64,000 bases of DNA from Hyaloraphidium curvatum SAG 235-1 (taxonomy: Eukaryota > Fungi > Monoblepharomycota): contig JAIVFI010000037.1 in assembly GCA_025558095.1 (NCBI GenBank), positions 1-64,000 on the forward strand, written 5' to 3'. Below are positions 41,205-52,745 of the stretch, one piece after another. Each line of letters opens with the position of its first letter. Position 1 is the first letter of the stretch. A program made the translations under genes and the position numbers. The notes beneath the pieces were generated by a model that made no database searches, was not told where the DNA came from, and worked only from the letters and a program-made list of their open reading frames with translations.

Positions 41205-42811
41205 TTATCTTCGTACAAACCCGCCGCGCGTTCCACTTACGGGGCACACCATCTCGATCGTCACGCCGACCCCCGCTCCGCGCAGCACGCTCCAGAGCCC
41301 GACCACCAGGGTAAACAGCGTCGCCACGATGGTGCGCACCAGGTCGTAGGTGATGGGCACGCCGAACGCGCGGACGCGGTAGAGATCCACGTCCGCGAAG
41401 CCGGCGAGGATGGGCTCGTGCCACGCTGCAGACGTGGCGAGGTCGGTGCGACCGCGGGCGGAAGCGGAGGCGCCGATGGAGCGGAGGGAGTGCGAGGCCG
41501 AGCGGTACAGGGCGGCTATGCGGTCCGGGGAGGTGTTGGCGGCGGCCAGGACCGAGAGCTCAAAGACGAGCAAGAACAGGACGAGGTAAAGAACGCCGGC
41601 GAGGAGGTTGGCCGGAATGCAGGACGATCCGATCTGCGAAAGGGAGCCAGGAATGAGGAATCAAGAAACGCTGAAGCGCCTCCTCCTCCCCCGCAACCCA
41701 CAAGAATGATCAGGAGCCCGACCAAAGTCCCAAGCAGGCCCGCCAATGCAACGGCGCGACGGGCGTCCGTGCCTGCTTTTGTCTGCCTCCAGGTCGTGAT
41801 CAGCGCGGCGTGCAGTGCCATGTAGGGCTCCGACTCGGCATCACGCGGCTTCCATGCCCCCACTGGCTGGGCAAGAGCGTCCCGGAGGCGTGCAAGCAGG
41901 TCGTCCAGACAGCGCTGGGCGGCGCGACGGCGCATCCTGGTGTCGAGCCCAAACACGGCAGCATTGCGGGCATGCCCTCCCAGGACCACAATGGCAGGCA
42001 TTGCCGAGATGACGACAATGCCGAAGACGGATAGCGTGGCGGCCCACGGGGTCGACCAGGTAGAAACGCCAAAGGTGACGATCGGGGTCCAAACGTACAG
42101 CACCACTGCAAACGACAGCAACCCGATAATCTGCGCCACGGCTGATGCGGTATAGAAGAAAAAAACCGCACGGATCAGCCCGCCGGTGCAGCTCGGTTTC
42201 GGGCAAGTGCACAAGGAGTCCCCGGGGACGTGCTGCGTGAACAATGTGCCCCCCGCCTGGGGGAGCTCGAGATAGCGGACGACGCCCGCGAGAACGTGGC
42301 CGTCGGCAGACGACCCGGAGCTGGTCGCGTCGTCCGGCCGCATGAAGACGTCCTTCTCGGAGGGGCGGAACCGACCAACGAAAACGCGCGAGTCCCAAAT
42401 CGCAAATGTCAAGACGTAGGCGACCGTGGCCACGATCAGCTGTCGGGTACCGAACCGGCCGTCGTTCTCGATCCATACGAGCGCCACGAAGAACAGCGTG
42501 AACGCTTGTTGCACGATCCGAAGGGGCAGGTAGTGTGGCAGCACATGTTTCGCCAGCAACGGGTGGAGCCGCGCGAGCAGCCGCGCCGCCGGCGCCCCTT
42601 CGAGCCCCGCAAAAAGCACGTCCCAGCCGAGCGGCGGCGCCGCCGCTCTCTCCTCGCCGACCCGCACCGCGAGCTCGCGCAGTTCGTCGGGCACGTCCGC
42701 CGAGTCCGGGCCGGCTACCGGCGGCGCCGGGAACAGCGCCGCCCACTCCGCCGAGGAAAACAGAGAACGAGATGCCCCGCTTAGAGGGGCGCCGTCTTCG
42801 GCGGCGTCCAT
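41205..42811 (-). CDS. 7-TM family member (candidate 7TMIC), intact, one intron
   Basis: HVPGDSLCTCPKPSCTG, SEPYMALH..W, RVRAFGVPITYDLVRTIVATLFTLVVGLWSVLR..TIEMVC. Confidence 0.8.
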
Positions 42812-43227
42812 CGTGGGACGGGTCCTCCCGCGCGCGCATGCGCTGGCGGGGTTTCTCAGAAATCCTTCCTAGCCGGGCGGTTCATGCCGAGTCGATCTTG
42901 GACATCCGGCTATCCATCAGCGGTGGAGAATTCTTCTCTCGACCGACGACCGTCTATCTTCCGCGCGCGTTTGGGATGGAGTCTCGATCTTGATGGAGTG
43001 CGTCCTGGGCCCCTTCATTGACGTCTCGCTGTTCTGTCACCTGCTTCAAGCGTGGGCCGGACATCGACGACCGATCGGAGACATCCTTGCGGAACCCATC
43101 AGAACTCTGTACTTGGCAGCTCGGCGGAGATCTAACCCGTCCCGTCTTCCCCGATTCGATCGTCAGACCATGTGGCAACAAAGTGCGCGATCCCTTTGCG
43201 CCTGCCTCCCACCTCACTCGCCCCGCC

Positions 43228-44821
43228 ATGGCCTCAACCACCGTCAAATTGGGATCGTTCTCGTCGGACGTGCCGCTTTTGGAGTCAAATGGAGATGCGC
43301 CACCGGCGGGACCAGCCAGCCCGGGAGCCGAGGGCACGGGTTCGGCTGGCCTCGAAACGACGGTCGCGCCGGACGCTCAGACGGGCCTGGAGCCTGCCGT
43401 CCCGGACCAGAACGGACTGAAAAAGGACATCGCGGACGAAGGGAACGTACTGGAAGCGGCGCCAAGTCCCGCTGACCCGGTCCAGGAGGACGGCTCCCCT
43501 GACCAGCTGAAGTTCGACGGAGGCTGGGGATGGGCCGTCGTGACGGCCAGCTTCCTCTGCAACCTCATCAACATCGGCATTCAGCAGTCGTATGGCATTT
43601 TCCTGTCGTACTACGCGACCTACACCTTCCCCACTGCGTCGATCTCGCTCATTGCCCTGGTCTCGTCGCTTCAGACGGGCGTCTCGTTCTTCTGCGGACC
43701 TTTTGTCGGACGAATGACGGCGCAATTCGGACCCAGATTGACGTGCCTCATTGGCATTGTTCTGCAGGTGGCAGCCAATATTGGCGCCAGCTTCTCGCCG
43801 TCAATCGGTGCCATACTCGCGACTCAGGGCATCCTTTTCGGTCTGGGATCGTCCTTCGTCGTCAATGCTGCCAGCTCGGCCCCCGCAATGTGGTTTCGCA
43901 AGCGGCTGCCGATGGCATTTGGTATCGGGCTCTCGGGAAGTGGAATCGGCGGGCTGGTGATGGTGTACCTGACCCAGGCGACGCTGGATCAGCTTGGTTC
44001 TCAGTGAGTAGCTGGTGCGATTGCGAAGTTGGAGAGGTGCAAGCTAATCTTACGTCTTTCCAACCACCAGATGGACGCTGAGGATCTACGCTATCATGAC
44101 GGCCGGCTTGCTCATCCCTTCAGCGCTGACCATGGTCAACCGCGGCCCGCGCGACAAGACGGCCCCGAAGCAGCCCATCATCGCCGTCAGCCTCTTCAAA
44201 AACTCGCAGTTCCTCATCCTGTTCCTCGGATGCCTCTTTTGCGCCTTCGCGTTCCCGACCCCGTTTTTCCTGCCGAGCTATGCCGCCGACAAGGGGCTCG
44301 CGCCGATCCAGGGCTCCACGTTCCTCGCGCTCGCGACGGGCATCTCCGCCGTCGGCACGATCCTCGCCGGGCTCGCCGCCCCGCGGTTCGGAACCCTGAA
44401 CATGCTCGTCCTCACGCAGCTCATGTCGTCGCTCTCCATCTTTCTCTTCTGGATCCCGGCTGCCAACCCGTCCGGCGGCGCCAACGTCGGGCTGCTCTAC
44501 GTCTTCGTCCTGGTCTTTGGCAGCGGGTTCGGACCCTTCTGGACGCTGAGCGCCAACTCGGCGGCTCTCCTCTTCTCCCACCTCGCCCCCTTCCCCGTGG
44601 TCGTCGGCAGCATCTACTTCTCGCTCTCCCTGCCCTTCTTCACCAACTCGCCCATCTTTGGCGCGATCCTCGACGCCGGGACGACGTATCCCAACGGCGT
44701 GCGTAGCGCAAACTACCTGTACGCGCAGATCTGGGTTGGCGGGATCTACCTGCTCGGGACGTGCTGCTTTGCAATCGTGCGGTTCCGCGAGGCAAAGTGG
44801 AAGCTGATCGCAAAAGTGTGA
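43228..44821 (+). CDS. MFS monocarboxylate-transporter-like (MCH/MCT) protein
   Basis: DGGWGWAVV, WFRKRLPMAFGIGLSGSGIGG; one intron near 44005-44070. Confidence 0.88.
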
Positions 44822-44869
44822 TGTCTTGGAATGTGAATGCCTTTACCCGCACCCCTCCATGGGCGCCTC

Positions 44870-45012
44870 CCTACCGGCCCCACCCACCCCGCCGCCCGCT
44901 GCGCCTCCTCCACCGCGCCAAACACCATCGCCAGCACCGCATCGTACGCCCCCACGTCCCCGTAGTGCAGGCAGTCCCCCCTGGCCCACCAGTGCCCTTC
45001 GGCGCGCGTGCC
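44870..45012 (-). pseudogene. 3' remnant of a TBL/PC-esterase (SGNH-like O-acetyltransferase)
   Basis: Reads TRAEGHWWARGDCLHYGDVGAYDAVLAMVF, matching the RxDxH..DCxH C-terminal motif; no 5' part. Confidence 0.45.
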
Positions 45013-45629
45013 CCCCCGCGGACGCCGCGCTGCCCGCCGCGCCGGGGGGGCATCCGCTGTTCCGGTGCGAGTTTGCGGGGGGCGTGCCGGGGATCGCGGG
45101 TAGGAGGCTGTACTGGATGGACTGCGGGTGCGCGGTGCCGCTGTCGTTCGCGGGCGGGGACGGGTACGTGAGGATGAGGATCCAGAGGGGCGGGGTGCAG
45201 CTGGCGGGGTTGGCCGTCTACTAAGTACTATTGTAGCGCTGTGGAATTGGTGCCCATGTACATGTGATCTAATTTTGACGGAGCGGCATCCTTAGCGGCC
45301 CATCCCTCAATGGATTCTGACTCGGGTCTAGACACCGAGACAACTCATGTCGTCGTTCCTTGTATCTCTCGGGGGCGGCGAGCAGAGCCAATGGGTGACA
45401 CGGCGCTGACCTCCCGGAACTCGTTCACTGGTTTGTCGCGCCTTGTGCGTCCAGCGGCCGCCAAATGCCGCGTTCGAAAACAGACCCTGCCGTTTGTCAG
45501 CAGCCGGGTGGCGGGGCTCCGATGACGTCCGGCGTCCCTTGACACCGCCCTTCACGGACTCACCCTCCAACAACATTGACTCCGGACACCGCGAGAGAAC
45601 CGCTCTCCCTGCGGCCCTGCCCCCCATCA

Positions 45630-48600
45630 ATGAAGTTCCTTCACCCAGCGGCCGCGGCCCCCACCGAGGAGCCGCCGCCGCGCTCCGACACTCCGCCGGC
45701 CAGCCGGACACCGGACCTGCTGCAGCGCATGTCGCCTCGGAGCCGCACGGACTCCAACTCGTGGCCGGGCGACACCGACACCGACAAGTCCGAGTCGTCG
45801 TTCCGCCCGCCCGGCGCAGAGCGCCGCCGCGGAGCGCGCTTCGGGCGGGGCCCCGCAGACGCCGCCCCGACGTCGCTGGCCGGCCTCCTCCGCCGCGACC
45901 TCCGCATCGCCCTGCTCTCCATCGGGCTGCTTCCGGACCCCGAGGCGCCCACCCCGGCGGGAAGGCTGGCCGGTTCGCCCCGCGCAGCCGCCGCGGAGTG
46001 GGCCAAGGCCGCAGCGTGGACTGCCGCCTTCTGCCTCGCCTTCTTCATCTTCGCATACCTCAGCCACATGTTCTACGACTCCTTTGGCTTCAGCTCCGTT
46101 TGGCTGCCCAATGGCCTGATCGTCGGGGCGTACATGGGCCTGCACTGGCGCGCCCGCTGGCTCCTCCCGGCCGCGACGTTCGCGACCAACACCCTCTCCA
46201 ACCACTACGTGGCGCACGAGCTGTGGGCGGGTGCCGCGGCGTCCGCCGCCGCCATTATCCTGGAGATCCTCCTTATCTCCTGGGTAACCCTGGCGCTGGC
46301 CAGTGCCTTTTCGCGGCGCCCTGGGGTCCGCCTCGACCTGGAATCGCTGTGGCACGTCCTCGCCTTCGGTATTGGCATGCTCTTCTGCCTGCCGGCGAAC
46401 GCGCTGTACGCCTGGGTGCAGATGGTGATCCAGGGGCAGCAAGGCGTGCCGTTCCCCGAGGTCATGCTCAGGTACATCGACTACGGCGCCGTGGTCGCCT
46501 GGACCCCCTTCATCGTGGCGGCCTGCAACACCCGGCCCAACTGGAAAGCGTGGAAAAAGCATCCGCTCAGGATCGTCGGCCTCGGCCTCATCCTCTTCCT
46601 CATCATCTCGATCACCATCATGCTGAGCAGCAAGCTCAAGGACGTGCTCTTCGGCGCCGTCGTCGGCCTCTTCTTCTCCATGCCCCTCATCATCCTCTCC
46701 GCCCCCCTCACCGAATCCAAGTCCCGCCTAGCGGTCGTCACCATGTGCGCCATGGTGGCGAGCATCATGAGCCTCATCATGATCCCGTGCTCGTATTACG
46801 TCGAACTGCGCAAGGGCAACGTCACCGACACCTCCCCGGGCCAGCTCCTGCTGCGGCACCTCCTTTGGATCCAGATCTGCATCTGCATCACGGTCTTTTC
46901 CAGCCTCCTTTTCGCGGATCTGCTGCTTGCGGTGGACCACGCCAAGGCCACCGTCGAGGAGCGGGTCCGAGTGCGCACGGAGCAGCTCCGCAAGGCCCGC
47001 GCGGCCGCCGAGCAGGCCGACCGGGAGAAGGGCGCATTCATCTTCTTCCTTTGCCACGAGCTTCGCAACCCCCTGCACGCCGTGAGCAACCTCACAGAGT
47101 CGCTCATCGAGGAGCGCGCAGCCGGGTTGAAGCAGGAGGCCGGCGCCGCGGCGCTCGAGGAGCCAGCGAGCCCGCTACTTGGACAAATCGACACCAGCCT
47201 GCTCGTCGAAGGGCGGCGGGAGGGCGCGCCGGCGGGAGAGCCGGCCGAGGCGGACCCGCTGCATGCGATACACCTCTGCACGGGGTACATGCTCGCGCTG
47301 CTGGCGGATGTGCTCGATGCGGGGAGGTTCGAGAGCGGCGCCGTGAGGCTCGACAGTTCGAGGACGGACCTGGCGGAGATCACCGAGTCGGTGTCGGCCA
47401 TGGCGGGGGAAATGGCAAGGACGCACCAGGTGGCTTTCGAACTGAAGGTGGGCTTATCGCGCCAGCGGTACGATAACTTTGCTCACGTTGTCTTCGGTAG
47501 ATGGCGCCCGATGTGCCCCGCTACGTCATGTGCGACCGCCTGCGTCTGCAGCAGGTCATCAACAACCTCCTCTCCAACGCCTTCAAGTTCACCAAGGCCG
47601 GCTCCATCACCCTCTCCATCGACTGCGGCCCCAAGAGCGCGCCCGTGCCCGCGGACCAGGTCTCCATCCCCATCCCCTCCGACGCCTCATCCACCACGGG
47701 CAGCTCCTCCGCCGCCACAGCCGTCGACCCCACCCCGTCGTGCCGCATGCTCCGGATCACCTGCGCTGACACCGGCGTCGGCATTCCCCCCGCCGTCCTC
47801 CCCACGCTTTTCCAGCCCTGGACGCAGGCTTCGGTGAGCACCTACAGGGATTACGGCGGATCCGGCCTGGGGCTGGCCATCGCGGCGCAGATCGTCGCGT
47901 TGATGGGGGGCGAGATCGGGGCGAGGAGCGAGGTGGGGGTGGGGACGGAGTTCGAGTTTTGGGTGCCGCTGGAGGAGTGTGCGGGGCCGGAGGTGGTCGA
48001 GGGGGCAAAGGAGGCGCGCAAGACGGGGGCGGACGTGCGCAAGGGGGTGTCGGAGATGACGTTGGCTTCCGGGCTGCCGGAGGCCCCGGTTGCGGCCCTG
48101 CCGGGGCCTTTCTGGGACTCGCAAGTGGCCGTGGATGCAACGACGGACCCGTTGCCCCCGCCTCGGACTCGGCGAATCCTCGTCACGGACGATTCGGCCA
48201 TCAACCGACGGATCTTGGTCAAGATGCTCCGCGCCGTGCTGGCCCGCCACGAGCCCGCCACGCGCGACGACTGGGAGATCGACGAGGCCGAGAACGGCGC
48301 CGAGGCCGTGGACTTGGTGCGCGCGGACCTCGCGGGACCCAAGGAGCTCGCGCTGGTGCTGATGGACGTGGTTATGCCCGTGATGGACGGGTTCGAGGCC
48401 ACGCGCGAGATACGGCGGCTGCAGCGCGAGGCAATTGAAGCGGCCCAGGCGCCGCTGCCGACCGAGAGCGCGGTGTCGACATCGACCCTGGGGGCGGACA
48501 TGGACGAGGAGCCGTGGGAGCTTCCAGTGGTGATCACCACGGCGAATCAGGTCAGCAATTCGCCGGACCAGGAGTGGGCGTTGTGCGGGGCCAGCGAGGC

Positions 48601-48667
48601 CATCTCGAAGCCGTTTGGAAAGGACAAGATCGAGGCGCTGCTCGTCAAGCACGGGTGCCTGGCGTGA
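45630..48667 (+). CDS. Membrane-bound hybrid histidine kinase (MASE1-like multi-TM sensor, HisKA, HATPase, REC)
   Basis: SSVWLPNGL plus about 8-9 TMs; FLCHELRNPL; NNLLSNAFKFT; DTGVGI; YGGSGLGLAI; VTDDSAIN, LMDVVMPVMDG, SKPF. Intron 47448-47500. Confidence 0.9.
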
Positions 48668-48834
48668 TGTTGGCCCCTGTAATCGGCATGGCTGTCGAAC
48701 ATGTTTTGGCTCGGTGCAGTTTCGCCGCCAGCCGGGTGACCGTGCAGTGCGCCAACCGATCTGCGCGGGCTGAAACAGTCTGCCCCAACAGCAGACGGTG
48801 CCACGCCGTTACGACGGTGACCCCCGTCCCAGCG

Positions 48835-49846
48835 ATGCCGGCTCCTGCGATACCGCGGTGGCTCCTTGCCGGGCTCGCCGGGTTCGCCGCGGCGGCGCTG
48901 GTCTTCCGGGCGGACGCGCCGCCGTCGGTGGTCGCGGTGATGGCGCTCGCGCCGCACCGCTGCTTCTCGCCGGCGGGCGAGGAGCAGAAGCTGCGGTCGG
49001 TGCGCGCGCGCGCCGACTACGCGCGGCTGCACGGCTACGCGTTCCGCGCGGACGGCGGCGTGCACCCGCTGGCGCCGAACCATTGGAACAAAATCGCCGC
49101 GCTGCACCGCGCCGCGCGGCTGCACCCCACGGCAGAGTGGCTGTTCTTCGCGGATGTCGACGGGATCGTGGTCAACGCGCGGGTGCCGCTGCCGCTGGCC
49201 AGGTACCCGGCGGGCGTCGACCTCGTGGTGACCGGCAACGAGTCGGCCGTGTACGGCCCGGCGCCGGACCCGCGGAGGAGCATCAACTCGGGCGTGCTGC
49301 TGCTACGCAACACGCCCTGGATGCGCGGCTTCCTGGGCAGGCAGCTCGAGATCGCCCGGGCCTTCACCGCGGACCCCGACGGCGCCCTGGCATCGGAGGT
49401 CAGGGCCTTCTTCGGCGCTAGGTACCACCAGCACATCCAGGACCAGACGGCCCTGTTATACATATTGAGACACATGCCCGTGGAGGATCGCGGCAGGGTG
49501 TTTTTTGAAGATCGGGTCTTCAACAGCCCCGACATGTGTGGGTGCCTGCCGGTGGACCCCCGAAAACCACGCTCAGGCGCGCCACCCGGCAGGGATGGAC
49601 AAGATGAAATGGAAGCCCCCCGGCTACGTCCGCACCGAACGATCCTTCTCCTTCGTGCACTTCACGGGCTGCCAGTTCTGCTACAACGGGTCCAAGGGGC
49701 TTCCGACGGAGGATTGCTTCGCGGCGTGGGACGCGGCATGGGAGCGGCACGAAAGGGACTTGCGAGCGGAAGAGGACGGGAGGCTGGCGGGGCGCGGAGC
49801 GACGGCGTGGGTGGAAGGGCTTGCAGGGAGCAAGGATGTGCCGTGA
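48835..49846 (+). CDS. GT34-family glycosyltransferase (galactosyl/xylosyltransferase-like)
   Basis: Type II anchor; HWNKI, WLFFADVDG, SINSGVLLLRN, QDQTAL, FVHFTGCQFC. Confidence 0.8.
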
Positions 49847-49983
49847 CGCCCTCAGGCCTCCCATCCCCCTGGCGAGAGGCAGTTCCTCGGCCACATATCC
49901 AATCGATCACATTTTGGTACGGATCTGGAGCGAAGGCGACGCCGTGCAGAAACATCAACGCGTCGCGGCTCGGATGACGCGGA

Positions 49984-51559
49984 ATGTCGCCCGAGGAAAC
50001 GGACCCCAAATGGCCCCCGGCATTCACGCCCACGGTCTGGGCGGCCCTGTTCCCCGCGTACCCGTCACCGCCGCCGCCGGCCGACATGCCCCCCGAACTC
50101 GCGCGCCTCGCGTCCCCCGCGGTCGCTGCGCAGGCGCGCGCCGAGCGGCCCATGACCCTGAAGCAGCTGCTCGCGGGACTCCCTATCGCACCGCTTGAGC
50201 GGGGCTTGGTGCGGGTGCAGCTGGCCGTGCTGGGCAAGGCGGGCGGGAACGCGACGTTCTTCCTCCACAGGGCGCTCTACGTGGCGTGCCGGGTGGCGCT
50301 CATGCCCGCACTCGTCTGGATCGGGAACTCGTCGTACGGGCTGTTCGGAACGAGGCAGCTGGTGGCCATGACGGTCGGCTACGCCGTGCAGCAGGGGATG
50401 TGGGAGCTCGGTATCATGCGCGGCCGCGTTTACGGGAAGGAGGAGGAAGTCTTCCTGGGGATCCCCGAGGCGCAGTCAGCGCTGGACAATCATCTCATGG
50501 CGGGCGTAGCTAGGTACCGTCTCCTGCAGGAAGACGCCTCGGACGTGGAGGCCACTCCGGGCGAACTTGCCGCCGTGCTCCTGGAACACGAACCCGGCGA
50601 CACGCTGTGCTCTTGCCCGAAAAGCAGATGCGCAGGTCGTCAACTGGACGCTGTGCCTGCACTCGGCCTCGCCACCTTCGCCGCCATCCAGTGCGGGCAG
50701 TTCGTCGTGTTTCTCATCGTTTCCTTCTGGACGGTCCTGGTTACCTTTCGCGGATTCACGTGGAGCTCGCCCTGGGCTGCCACCCTCGTAGCCGTTGCGG
50801 TAGGCTATGTTGCCCTCCACCTCGTATTTGTCACGCTCGGCGTCAGCATGGGCATGTCCAACTTCGCGATTTTCGGGTTGGAGATGCGGCTTCGGCGCCG
50901 CGCAATGAAGCACTGCCTCGATGCCTCATAGCAAGGCTGGAGGGCCGACTCGCCAACGCTGAGGAAGAAGGGCTGCCTTCGGAAGCTGAATCGGAGCCAT
51001 ACGTCGTGTTGCACGCGGCCCTGGCAACGTCGTGGAGCTCGCGTCTGTCCTTGTCCGAGAGCAACCGCTTCGTTTCCCTCATGGGATTCCTGGGGGACTT
51101 TCTTGCCATCGTTATCGTCATGGTGAGCCGCTCTCCCTCGCTTATCTCTGACCACGCTGACGCAGTGCTTCAAACATCCCAGATTTCTTCGTCCTGCATC
51201 ACCGCCCCGTTCCTTGCCTCCTTCCTGTGGATGGGTTCCATCATCCTCGTGTTCGACCTCATCAACCTTGCCGCCGCCAACTCCGAAACCTCGCGCATCG
51301 CCGCGCTCTACTCCTCCGCGGTCTTCGCGCCGGCCCATCTTCGCCCGTGGCGGCCGCGATCGGGTGGCACGAAAAGATCCTGCGCGGCTTCACGGACGTG
51401 GACGCGTACCGCGCGCGGTTCTTCGAGGTGCCGGTGACCCCGGCGCTGGTGCGGACCGCGGCGGTGACGGCGTTCACGGTCGGCGTTGGAATGTGGAGCG
51501 TGCTCAGGGGGGCGGGGATCGGGGTGACGATCGAGATGGCTTGCCCGTCGGCCGCCTAG
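49984..51559 (+). pseudogene. 7-TM family member with frameshifts and a small deletion
   Basis: HEPGDTLCSCPKSRCAG; SEPYVVLH..W in a second frame; RARFFEVPVTPALVRTAAVTAFTVGVGMWSVLR..TIEMAC in a further frame. Confidence 0.75.
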
Positions 51560-51654
51560 CTAGGGGAGGTGATTCTGATAATGGGTTCTCTTCTTTTAGA
51601 GATCTGGTGCTCGATTCAACGTGCCACTCTGCTGTCGGTCTCTCCCAGATGGGC

Positions 51655-52656
51655 TCAAGCGCTCGTGGACGTCCCCCCAGCCGATGGCTTCGACGGCACC
51701 TCGCACGCGGCCTTGTGCTTCGGCCAGTCCTTCCTCTGGCATTCCCTGCCGCAGTAGTGCGCGGCACGGCAGCGGGAGCACCTCCGCATCTCGGCCTTGG
51801 GCGAGCTCCTCTCGCAGTATGTGCAAACGAGCTCCGCGTCATCCCCGGAGGTGATCTTTTTCAGGTACGCCCTACGCACCGCGGCATGGCACGGCCCGTC
51901 CGGCCCGCAGGTCGGCCAGATCGTCGCGGCAAACGTCCGGCGACGGCCCTGCCGCCCGGTTTCGACGCACTCGACGAGAGACCTGTCTGCCGCGGATCCG
52001 TGGGCGGCCGAGCGGCTGCACAGCACGCAGGTCAGGGGCAGGCGCGGGTCCTCGGAGAAGAGCGCGGCGCGGGAGGAAAGCTCGAAGAGAACGGCGCGCT
52101 TGCCTGCGTCGTCCTTCCAGAAATAGTCGCCGTACAGGGAGACGTTGCAGGTGTCGAGGACTGCCACGGCATCGTCCGGATCGGGCCCGCCTCCCGCGTG
52201 GGGCATTGACCGGCGCGCCCGGATCGCCAGGGTGGCTTCCACCGCGGGGCGCCCGCCGCCGGCCATGGAGCGGTACCACGAGTCCTCGGCATCGACCATC
52301 TCCCGTTTCGCTCCGTATGCGCACTCCGGGCCCCCGCAGTGCGGCGCCATGTGGGCCACGACGACCTTGTCCGCGCGCCACGTAAGCGCACGGGTCATGG
52401 CCAGGCCGCACGCTGCTCTCCCGCAGCGGCAGGTCCAGGTCGACGAAGGCCCGATTTCCGAAGCAAAAGAATCGAACGCCGAGTGCAGGGCTGCTGCCGC
52501 GGAGAAATCCATCTCGCCTGAGGCCGCCATCGAGTGGGGGCGCTCGTAGGCCTTGACGTCTCTTTCCGGGCCCGAGTGCACCTCCAGGCGGAGCGTCAGA
52601 TGCAGCTGCACCATTTTGGGGGCCATCCTGTGCTCCTTTGGTGGACGATATGGCAA
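51655..52656 (-). CDS. MYND zinc-finger protein with two upstream Cys modules (start uncertain)
   Basis: CTYCERSSPKAEMRRCSRCRAAHYCGRECQRKDWPKHKAAC. Confidence 0.8.
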   Translation of the reverse strand: MPYRPPKEHRMAPKMVQLHLTLRLEVHSGPERDVKAYERPHSMAASGEMDFSAAAALHSAFDSFASEIGPSSTWTCRCGRAACGLAMTRALTWRADKVVVAHMAPHCGGPECAYGAKREMVDAEDSWYRSMAGGGRPAVEATLAIRARRSMPHAGGGPDPDDAVAVLDTCNVSLYGDYFWKDDAGKRAVLFELSSRAALFSEDPRLPLTCVLCSRSAAHGSAADRSLVECVETGRQGRRRTFAATIWPTCGPDGPCHAAVRRAYLKKITSGDDAELVCTYCERSSPKAEMRRCSRCRAAHYCGRECQRKDWPKHKAACEVPSKPSAGGTSTSA

Positions 52657-52745
52657 GGAACGGGCAGCCCAGCGTGAAGAAGACGTTTCGACTGTTTCCG
52701 CACGGCCCGCCCGGCGCCACCTGAATCACCTCCGGCCTCGCAAGG

